NCBI GenBank assembly: GCA_046051725.1 | Contig: JBJONS010000140.1 | Coordinates: 1 to 37,118 of the forward strand | Length of the DNA stretch: 37,118 bases | Direction: 5' to 3' | Origin: Pseudomonadota bacterium | GTDB lineage: Bacteria > Myxococcota_A > UBA796 > UBA2385 | Shown here: positions 1 to 7,395 of the stretch, in pieces | Position numbering within the stretch: the stretch's first letter is position 1 | Layout: each line of letters starts with the position of its first letter | Program-made: the position numbers and the translations under genes | Notes under the pieces: model-generated | The model's database searches: none | The model's input: the letters and a program-made list of their open reading frames with translations, nothing else | Told to the model about the DNA's origin: nothing

Positions 1-344
1 TCCACGCCGCCGGGGTCCAGCTCGCCTTCGCCAGCGGCGGGGCCCACTTCTCGCGCAACCTGCGGGTGGACGTCGGCGTGCTCACCGCGCACGGCCTGCC
101 CGCGCACGCCGCCCGCCACGCGCTCTGCGCCGGCGGCCCCGAGCTGCTCGGCCTGCCCGGCCTCGGCCGGCTCGAGCCCGGCGCGGTGGCGACCTTCGCG
201 CGGGCCTCGGGCGACCCGCTGCAGCCGCGCAGCGCGGTGACGGCCACCTGGTACGGCGGCCGCCGGGCCAGCATGAGCAGCGTCCAGACGCGTCTTTTCG
301 ACGAATACCGCGCGCTGAGCCCGCTGCGGGTCCCCACGCGCTAA
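1..344 (+). CDS. Amidohydrolase-family protein, C-terminal fragment (5' end outside the window)
   Basis: Frame 3 is open from the window edge to TAA at 342-344. The tail (GLPGLGRLEPGAVATFARASGDPLQP...TWYGGRR) resembles the C-terminal strand region of metal-dependent amidohydrolases. GC3 is high. Confidence 0.5.
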   Translation, partial: HAAGVQLAFASGGAHFSRNLRVDVGVLTAHGLPAHAARHALCAGGPELLGLPGLGRLEPGAVATFARASGDPLQPRSAVTATWYGGRRASMSSVQTRLFDEYRALSPLRVPTR

Positions 345-365
345 GGCGCCGAGCGCGAGGTGTGG

Positions 366-1295
366 ATGCGGGTGCTGGTCACGGGCGGCGCGGGCTTCAT
401 CGGGGGGCACCTCTGCCGCGCGCTGCTGCGCCGCGGTGACGAGGTCACCGTGCTGGACAGCTTTGACGACGCCTACACGCCCGAGATGAAGCGGGCCAAC
501 CTCGCGGGCCTGCCGCTGCGGCTGGTCGAGGCAGACCTCCGCGCGTCCGCCGCGGTCGACGAGGCGCTGATCGGCGCCGACGCCGTGGTGCACCTCGCCG
601 CGCGCGCCGGCGTGCGCGAGAGCCTGGCCAGCCCGCTGCTCTACGAGGACGTCAACGTGCGCGGCACGCTCACGCTCCTCGACCGGCTGCGGCGCCGGCC
701 CCTGCCGCTGGTCTTCGCGAGCAGCAGCAGCGTGTATGGGCGCCGCGAGGACGCCCACGCCTTCACCGAAGAGGACGACACCGGGCGCCCGTTCAGCCCC
801 TATGCGGCGTCCAAGCGGGCTGGCGAGCTGTACTGCTTCGCCGCCCACGCCGACTGGGGCCTGCCGGTCCACGCCCTGCGCTTCTTTACGGTCTACGGTC
901 CGCGGCAGCGCCCGAGCATGGCCATCGCGCTGTTCCTGCACGCCGCCCTCCAAGGGCAGCCGCTGCCGATCTTCGGCGACGGCAGCGCGCTCCGCGACTT
1001 CACCTACGTTGACGACGTGGTGGACGCCATCCTCGCGTCATTGGACCGCCCCGGCGGCTTTCAGACCCTCAACGTCGGCAGCGGCGCGCCGATCCGGCTC
1101 GACGCCCTGGTCGACGCCATCGAGCGGGCGGTCGGCCGGCCGGTCCTCCGGCACCACCTGCCCGATCAGCCCGGCGATGTGCCGCGCACCCACGCCGACG
1201 TGCGCCGGGCGGCCGCGGCGCTGGGCTGGACGCCGCGGGTGCAGATGGAGGAGGGCCTGCGCCGCACGGCCGCGGCGATGCGCGCCGCGCGCTGA
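366..1295 (+). CDS. NAD-dependent epimerase/dehydratase (extended SDR, UDP-sugar 4-epimerase-like)
   Basis: N-terminal Rossmann motif MRVLVTGGAGFIGGH and catalytic YAASK (YxxxK). GAGG lies upstream of the ATG at 366; the ORF track starts at GTG 360. Confidence 0.85.
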   Translation: MRVLVTGGAGFIGGHLCRALLRRGDEVTVLDSFDDAYTPEMKRANLAGLPLRLVEADLRASAAVDEALIGADAVVHLAARAGVRESLASPLLYEDVNVRGTLTLLDRLRRRPLPLVFASSSSVYGRREDAHAFTEEDDTGRPFSPYAASKRAGELYCFAAHADWGLPVHALRFFTVYGPRQRPSMAIALFLHAALQGQPLPIFGDGSALRDFTYVDDVVDAILASLDRPGGFQTLNVGSGAPIRLDALVDAIERAVGRPVLRHHLPDQPGDVPRTHADVRRAAAALGWTPRVQMEEGLRRTAAAMRAAR

Positions 1296-1413
1296 GCCCA
1301 CGCTCCAGAGCCGCAGCCCTCCCCGCCGCGTCCGTCCCCGGCGCAGCCGCGTCCCCTCCCCTCGGTGCCCGAAGCGCGGCGCACCCGCAGGGGGACCCGT
1401 CGCCCGCCTGGGC

Positions 1414-2007
1414 TCAGGCCGCGGGCCGCTTGACCTTGCCCGCGCCCTGCCGGAAGAACTGGATCATGTACTCGGCGGCGCTGGCCAGCGAGAAGAAGGT
1501 CGCGATGTAGAGGAAGAAGAGGCCGGTGACCTGCGGATCCATGCCGAAGGTGTGGGGGGTCCACAACATCACGCCCAGCGCGGTGCCCTGGTAGGCGGTC
1601 TTGAACTTGCCGAGCGTGCTCGCGCTGATGACCATGCCCTCTTGGCTGGCGATGCCGCGCAGGCCGGTGATCGCGAACTCGCGGCAGATGAGCAGGGCGA
1701 CCAGCCAGGCCGGCACCCAGGCGCGCTCGACCATCATGACCAGGGTGGTGGTCACCATCAGCTTGTCGGCCAGCGGGTCGAGGTAAGCGCCGGCCGGGCT
1801 CACCAAGTTCCACTTGCGGGCCAGCCAGCCGTCGATGATGTCGGTGATCATCCCGCCGACGAAGATGAAGAAGCCCAGCCAGATCTCGAACGGGGTGGGA
1901 TCGTCCCAGAGCAGCCAGACCATGAAGGGCACGAGCGCGATGCGGGCCACGGTCAGGCTGTTGGGGAGGTTCCAGAAGCCGTCCCGCTTCATCAGGGGCT
2001 TGTCCAT
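1414..2007 (-). CDS. pgsA: CDP-diacylglycerol--glycerol-3-phosphate 3-phosphatidyltransferase
   Basis: CDP-alcohol phosphotransferase motif DIIDGWLARKWNLVSPAGAYLDPLADK. Multi-pass hydrophobic protein of 197 aa. Confidence 0.85.
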   Translation of the reverse strand: MDKPLMKRDGFWNLPNSLTVARIALVPFMVWLLWDDPTPFEIWLGFFIFVGGMITDIIDGWLARKWNLVSPAGAYLDPLADKLMVTTTLVMMVERAWVPAWLVALLICREFAITGLRGIASQEGMVISASTLGKFKTAYQGTALGVMLWTPHTFGMDPQVTGLFFLYIATFFSLASAAEYMIQFFRQGAGKVKRPAA

Positions 2008-2053
2008 GGGGCTCCGGCGGCGCGCTGCGCGGGGTGCGTCTGGGTCCTGGGGG

Positions 2054-2746
2054 TCACTGCCCGGCCCCGTATGCGGCGAGGTCCTCAGGCACCACCGGGC
2101 GGTTGTCGCGCAGGTGGTCGTAGAGGTCGAGCACGCGCACGACGTAGTGCTGCGTCTCTTGGAAGGGGGGGATCCCCCGGTGCTTCTCGACGTTCCGCGG
2201 CCCGGCGTTGTAGCCGGCCACCGCGTGGTCGAGGCGCGGGAAGCGCTGCATCAGGCTGCGCAGGTAGCGGGTGCCGCCGTCGATGTTCTGGACGGGGTCC
2301 CACGGATCGGCGACGCCGAGGCCGCGGGCGGTCGCCGGCATGAGCTGCATCAGGCCCTGGGCGCCGGCCCGGCTGAGCGCGCGGGGGTTCATGCCGCTCT
2401 CGGCGAGGCAGACCGCCTTGATCAGCTCAGGCGGCACGCCGTAGCGCTCGGACGCCGCCAAGATCTCGTCGTCGAAGGTGTCGAGCAGCGGGAAGCTGCG
2501 GGCGTTGACCTTGCTGCGGTGCGGCAGCGGCTTCTTGTCGAGCAGGAAGGGGCGGAAGCCCTGCCCCGAGGGGGCGTCGGTGTAGAGGTAGGTGCCGTCG
2601 GCGAGCTCGGCCCGGTAGATGTCGGTCGCCCGCGCCGGCCAGATCAGCGCGCCACACAGGCAGGCGAGCGCGCCGACGGCCCAGCGGAGGCGGGCGCGCG
2701 GCGCGGCGGCGGGCGGTGGCGTCGGGGTGGCGATGGCGCGCTCCAG
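2054..2746 (-). CDS. Secreted soluble lytic transglycosylase (SLT domain); start codon uncertain
   Basis: SLT catalytic region AESGMNPRALSRAGAQGLMQLMP. The only canonical start is TTG at 2461, but the frame stays open upstream and encodes a clear signal peptide (RARLRWAVGALACLCGALIWPARA). The 5' end is therefore placed at in-frame CTG 2746; ATC 2734, preceded by GGAG, is an alternative. Confidence 0.65.
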   Translation of the reverse strand: MERAIATPTPPPAAAPRARLRWAVGALACLCGALIWPARATDIYRAELADGTYLYTDAPSGQGFRPFLLDKKPLPHRSKVNARSFPLLDTFDDEILAASERYGVPPELIKAVCLAESGMNPRALSRAGAQGLMQLMPATARGLGVADPWDPVQNIDGGTRYLRSLMQRFPRLDHAVAGYNAGPRNVEKHRGIPPFQETQHYVVRVLDLYDHLRDNRPVVPEDLAAYGAGQ

Positions 2747-2874
2747 CGGGCAGGCCCAGGGGGAGGGGCTCCAGTCTACAGAGCGACGCGCGGCGGGACA
2801 AGGCGGGCTAAGGCACCCCCTCCCGTGGGCGGGGCGTTCGGGTGACGCCGGCCGGGCGGGCGAGTGGAGGCGAC

Positions 2875-4482
2875 GTGGATCAGGTGGACGTGCTCATCAT
2901 CGGCAGCGGCCTCGCGGGGGTCCGGCTGGCGCTGGCCCTCTCCGACGTGGCCCGGGTCCGCCTGCTGACCAAGAAGGTGCGCGAGGAGGGCAACTCCCGC
3001 TACGCCCAGGGCGGCATCGCCGCGGCCTGGCGCGACGAGGACTCGTGGGAGGACCACGTCCGCGACACGATGATCGCCGGCGCGGGCCTCAACCGCCGCG
3101 AGGTCGTCGAGCGCACCGCCCGCGAGGCGCCCGAGCGGGTGCAAGAGCTCATTGATCTGGGCGTCGAGTTCGACCGCTGGGCCGAGCAGCCGCACCTCTA
3201 CGACCTGCACCGCGAGGGCGGCCACAGCCGCCGCCGCATCCTGCACGCCAAGGACCTGACCGGCGCCGAGATCATGCGGGCGCTGTTCGCGCGGCTCGAG
3301 GCCTGCCCCTCGGTCGAGCTGCTCGAGGACCGCATGGTCATCGATCTGGTGACCGACGGCTGGCTGGCCCGGCGGACCGGCCAGCTGCCGCCGACGCCCG
3401 ACCGGGTGCGCGGGGCCTATGTGCTCAACACCGCCACCCAAGAGGTCGAGGTGCACCGCGCCCGGGTCGTCGCGGTCTGCACCGGCGGGACGGGCAAGGT
3501 CTACCTCTACACGACCAACTCGGACGTCGCGACGGGGGACGGCATCGCGATGTGCTACCGGGCCGGCGCGCGGGTCGCGAACATGGAGTTCGTCCAGTTC
3601 CACCCGACCTGCCTCTACCACCCCGACGCTGGCAACTTCTTGATCTCTGAGGCGTTGCGCGGCGAGGGCGGGGTCCTGCGCCTGGCCAACGGCGAGCCGT
3701 TCATGACGCGCTACGACCCGCGGCTCGAGCTGGCCCCGCGGGACATCGTCGCCCGGTCGATCGACTCCGAGCTCAAGCGCACCGGCGCCGACTGCGTCTT
3801 CCTCGACATGACGCACATGAGCCGGGCCCAGATCGAGCACCACTTCCCCAACATCGACGCCAAGTGCCGCAGCCTCGGCATCGACATGGCGACCCGCCCG
3901 ATCCCCGTCGTGCCCGCCGCCCACTACCAGTGCGGCGGCGTGCTGGTGAACGGCGACAGCGAGACCGACGTCGCCAACCTGTTTGTGGTCGGCGAGGCGA
4001 GCTGCACCGGCCTGCACGGGGCCAACCGCCTGGCCAGCAACTCGCTGCTCGAGGCGATCTCGTTCGCGCACCACGCGGCGGTCGCCATCCGCGGCCGGCT
4101 GGCCGAGCCCGAGGCCCAGCCCGCGCTGCCCGACTGGGACCCCGGCAAGGCGGGCCGGCCCGATGAGCAGGTCATCATCACCCAGGTCTGGGATGAGATC
4201 CGCCGCCTGATGTGGAACTACGTCGGCATCGTGCGGAGCAGCGGCCGGCTGCGGCGGGCCCGCAAGCGGCTCGACCTCATCGAGGACGAGATCGAGTCCT
4301 ACTACTGGGACTACGTGCTGACCGGTGATCTGGTCGAGCTGCGCAACCTCGCCACCGTGGCGGGCTGCGTGGTGGACTGCGCGATGCGCCGCCGCGAGAG
4401 CCGCGGCCTGCACTACACGCTGGACTACCCCGAGCCCGACGACCGCTTCCTGCGCGACACCATCGTCCAGCGGCGCTTTTAG
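2875..4482 (+). CDS. nadB: L-aspartate oxidase
   Basis: FAD-binding N-terminus DVLIIGSGLAG, YAQGGIAAA, and the succinate dehydrogenase/fumarate reductase-type flavoprotein body. GGAGG lies 4 nt upstream of GTG 2875; GTG 2842 is an alternative start. Confidence 0.9.
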   Translation: MDQVDVLIIGSGLAGVRLALALSDVARVRLLTKKVREEGNSRYAQGGIAAAWRDEDSWEDHVRDTMIAGAGLNRREVVERTAREAPERVQELIDLGVEFDRWAEQPHLYDLHREGGHSRRRILHAKDLTGAEIMRALFARLEACPSVELLEDRMVIDLVTDGWLARRTGQLPPTPDRVRGAYVLNTATQEVEVHRARVVAVCTGGTGKVYLYTTNSDVATGDGIAMCYRAGARVANMEFVQFHPTCLYHPDAGNFLISEALRGEGGVLRLANGEPFMTRYDPRLELAPRDIVARSIDSELKRTGADCVFLDMTHMSRAQIEHHFPNIDAKCRSLGIDMATRPIPVVPAAHYQCGGVLVNGDSETDVANLFVVGEASCTGLHGANRLASNSLLEAISFAHHAAVAIRGRLAEPEAQPALPDWDPGKAGRPDEQVIITQVWDEIRRLMWNYVGIVRSSGRLRRARKRLDLIEDEIESYYWDYVLTGDLVELRNLATVAGCVVDCAMRRRESRGLHYTLDYPEPDDRFLRDTIVQRRF

Positions 4483-4509
4483 CGCGCGCTGGTCACCGGG
4501 CAGCCCCGC

Positions 4510-5913
4510 TCAGAAGGGCAGCGGTCCGCCGCTGCCGACCAGGGCCTCGAGCTCGTCCACCGTCCGGGGGAGCTGCGGGGTCAGCGACGCGCCGCCCTCG
4601 GGCCGCACCTGCACGTCATCCTCGACGCGGATCCCGCCGAAGCCGAGCCAGCGCGCGGCCACGTCGAGATCGAGCGCGTGCCGGAAGCGCGCCCGCAGCG
4701 CCTCGTCCTGCAGGATGGCCGGCACGACGTAGAAGCCGGGCTCGATGGTGACCAGCATGTCCTCCTCGAGGTCGAGGTCGAGGCGCAGGTAGCCGGTCCC
4801 AAACTGCGGCGAGCGGGCCCGGCCCGGCGCGTAGGCCGCCCGATCCCCGAAGACCTCGAGGTCGTGCACATCGAGGCCGAGCAGGTGGCCGAGGCCGTGC
4901 GGGAAGAACAGCGCGTGGGCGCCCTCGGCGACCAGGTCGTCGACATTGCCCCGCAGAAGGCCCTCATCGACGAGGAAGCGGGCCAAGATGCGGCAGGCGC
5001 CGAGGTGCAGGTCGCGGTAGCGCACGCCGGGCCGGGCCGCGGCGATGGCCCAGGTCTGGGCCTCGAGGACGGCCTCGTAGGCGGCGCGCTGGCGCGGATC
5101 GAAGCGCCCGCTCACCGGGTAGGTGCGGGTCAGGTCGGCGGCGTAGCCGTCGGGGGCCTCGCCGCCGCCGTCGAGCAGCAGCAGCTGGCCGTCCTGCAGG
5201 GTGTTGGGGTGGCTGTGGTTGTGCAGCACCTCGCCCCGCACCGTGAGGATGGTGTCGTAGGCGGTGAGCCGGCCGTGGGCCCGCAGCGCGCCCTCGAACA
5301 GCCCGACCAGCGCGGCCTCGGTGCGCCCCGGGCGGGTCTGGGCCATCACGAGGCGGTGCGCGAACTCGGACGCCGCGGCGGTGCGGCGGGCGGCGTCGAG
5401 CTCGGCCGGGCTGAGGACCCGACGCATGCGGATCAGGGCGTCGATCAGCTCATCATCGCCGTTCTCGCGACCAAAACGGAGCGGCCGGCCAGCGAGGGCC
5501 GCGGCGCGGGCGCAGGCGGCGGGGTCAGACACCGCGATGGTCCGGGGCCGGCTGTCGCCGACCAGGCCCTCGAGCGCGTCGAGATCGGCGACCTGGTCGA
5601 AGCCCCAGGTCGCGGCCCGCTCGGCGTTCGGCGTGAGGTGGCCATGCCAGAGGCCATCGTCGTCGGCCGGCGGGGTCAGCAGCAGCAGCTCGCGGTCGCC
5701 GTCCATCCACAGGGCGGCGCCGGGCTCGTCGCAGCCGGTCAGGTAGAGGAAGCAGCTGTCCTGCCGGAACCGGTGCTGGTTCATCGGCAGGTTGCGCGGC
5801 TGGCTGCCGTTCCCCATCAGCAGGATCGGGCCGGAGACCTGGGCGCGCAGGCGGGCGCGCCGGTCGGCGTGGACGGCGGAGCCGAGGCTCGAGGCGGGGT
5901 GGAGCATGGGCAC
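4510..5913 (-). CDS. pepP: Xaa-Pro aminopeptidase (M24B family)
   Basis: AMP_N-type motif FRQDSCFLYLTG and the metal-ligand region HGLGHLLGLDVHD...TIEPGFY. Confidence 0.8.
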   Translation of the reverse strand: MPMLHPASSLGSAVHADRRARLRAQVSGPILLMGNGSQPRNLPMNQHRFRQDSCFLYLTGCDEPGAALWMDGDRELLLLTPPADDDGLWHGHLTPNAERAATWGFDQVADLDALEGLVGDSRPRTIAVSDPAACARAAALAGRPLRFGRENGDDELIDALIRMRRVLSPAELDAARRTAAASEFAHRLVMAQTRPGRTEAALVGLFEGALRAHGRLTAYDTILTVRGEVLHNHSHPNTLQDGQLLLLDGGGEAPDGYAADLTRTYPVSGRFDPRQRAAYEAVLEAQTWAIAAARPGVRYRDLHLGACRILARFLVDEGLLRGNVDDLVAEGAHALFFPHGLGHLLGLDVHDLEVFGDRAAYAPGRARSPQFGTGYLRLDLDLEEDMLVTIEPGFYVVPAILQDEALRARFRHALDLDVAARWLGFGGIRVEDDVQVRPEGGASLTPQLPRTVDELEALVGSGGPLPF

Positions 5914-5971
5914 CTCGGGGCGCGCGGGGCCGGGCCTCGCGCGGCGGATGAGGGCGCGCGGCCCGGCCCGC

Positions 5972-6520
5972 TCAACCCTCGAGCAGATCCCGGCGGCGCA
6001 CCAGCGCGCAGAAGGGGTAACCGGCCGCGGCCACCCGCTCCGCGGCGCCCTCCTCCCGGTCGACCACCACGATGACCTGGGCGACGCGCAGGCCCGCCTC
6101 CTCCACCCGGGCGATGGCCTGCAGCAGGCTGCCCCCGGTGGTCACCGTGTCCTCGACCACGCAGACCGACGCGCCGTCCTCGAGGTTCTCGCGCCCCTCG
6201 ACGAAGAGCTTGCGGCCGTGGCCTTTGGCCTCTTTGCGGACCATGAAGCCGTGGACTGGCCGGCCCCGCAGCCCCGAGAGCGCGGCGACCGCGCCGGCGA
6301 TCGGGTCGGCGCCGCTGACCGGGCCGCCCACCGCCACCACCGCCGGGTCGAGGCGGTCGAGCACCGCCTCGGCGATCAGGCGCGCGCCCTCGGCGTGCAG
6401 CGTGGTGTGGCGGGCGTCGACGTAGAGGTCGGAGGTCGCCCCGCTGGCGAGGGTGAAGCTGCCCCAGCGCACCGAGCGCGCGCGCAGGATGGCGATGAGC
6501 GGGGCGAGATCGCTGGACAT
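5972..6520 (-). CDS. pyrE: Orotate phosphoribosyltransferase
   Basis: PRPP-binding motif VCVVEDTVTTGGS. Size of 182 aa, with an N-terminus typical of type I PRTases. Confidence 0.9.
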   Translation of the reverse strand: MSSDLAPLIAILRARSVRWGSFTLASGATSDLYVDARHTTLHAEGARLIAEAVLDRLDPAVVAVGGPVSGADPIAGAVAALSGLRGRPVHGFMVRKEAKGHGRKLFVEGRENLEDGASVCVVEDTVTTGGSLLQAIARVEEAGLRVAQVIVVVDREEGAAERVAAAGYPFCALVRRRDLLEG

Positions 6521-6535
6521 GGGGACTCCGCCGGC

Positions 6536-7351
6536 TCAGGCCGGCCAGGCAAGCTGCCCGAGCCAGGCGCTGAGGCCGGTGAAGACCTCCTCCTTCTCGG
6601 GTTCGTTGAAGAGCTCGTGGTAGAGGCCCTTGTAGAGCACCACCTGCTTGGGGCCGCCCCAGCGCTCGGCGACCGCCGCGCTGGCGTGGTGGTCGCAGAT
6701 CTGGTCGGCGTCGCTGATCATCAAGTACAGCGGGGGCCGCGGCGCGCCGCCCTGGCCGCTGACCCGCTCGCTGGCGGCCAGCATCTCCATGCCCCACCGC
6801 GGGCTGATCGTGCCGTAGACGAGCGGATCGGCCTCGTAGGCCCGCACCACGGCCGCGTCCCGCGAGATGAGCCGGGTGTCGATCTCGTTCTTGAGCGGCA
6901 GCCAGGGCCAGATCCGGCTGAGCACCCGCGCCGCCTTCACCTTGAGCGGCGGGGCGACGATGGCCGGGCGCACCAGCGGGTTGCTGAGCGCGATCCCGAG
7001 CAGGGGCGGCGAGAAGGGCTCGGCCGCCGCGTCGAGGCTCACCAGCCCGCCCATCGAGTGGGCGACCAGGGCGAAGGGCGCGCCGATGGTGGCGGCGGCG
7101 GCCCGCAGATCTTCGCCGTAGCGGCGCCAGCGCTCGACGTGGCCCCGGCGGCCGCCGCTGGCGCCGTGGCCGCGCAGCTCGACGAAGGTCACGCGGTAGC
7201 CGTCGCGCACCAGGCGCTCGGCCACGTGGGTGTAGCGCCCGACGTGCTCGGCGAGGCCGTGCACCAGCAGGATGTTCTTGGTGTTGGTCTCTCCCCAGCG
7301 GTAGGCCTTGATCGGCGTGCCGTCAGCGGAGCGGGTCTCAAGGGGCTGCAC
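6536..7351 (-). CDS. Alpha/beta hydrolase, lysophospholipase/monoacylglycerol-lipase-like
   Basis: LLVHGLAEHVGRY oxyanion region, nucleophile elbow AHSMGG, C-terminal HELFNE. GTG start at 7351, 44 nt downstream of the TRAP permease stop on the same strand. Confidence 0.8.
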   Translation of the reverse strand: MQPLETRSADGTPIKAYRWGETNTKNILLVHGLAEHVGRYTHVAERLVRDGYRVTFVELRGHGASGGRRGHVERWRRYGEDLRAAAATIGAPFALVAHSMGGLVSLDAAAEPFSPPLLGIALSNPLVRPAIVAPPLKVKAARVLSRIWPWLPLKNEIDTRLISRDAAVVRAYEADPLVYGTISPRWGMEMLAASERVSGQGGAPRPPLYLMISDADQICDHHASAAVAERWGGPKQVVLYKGLYHELFNEPEKEEVFTGLSAWLGQLAWPA

Positions 7352-7395
7352 AGGTCATCCAGAGCGGCGCGGGGCCGCGGCGGCGGGCGGGGCCC

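Noticed and set aside
2776-4413. 545-aa ORF antisense to nadB. The same situation applies to the 736..2343 and 1814..2845 plus-strand ORFs.
   Set aside because: The products are Arg/Ala/Gly/Pro-rich and low in complexity. Each lies fully inside or opposite a gene with clear family motifs. This is the typical shadow ORF caused by stop-codon scarcity at ~70% GC.
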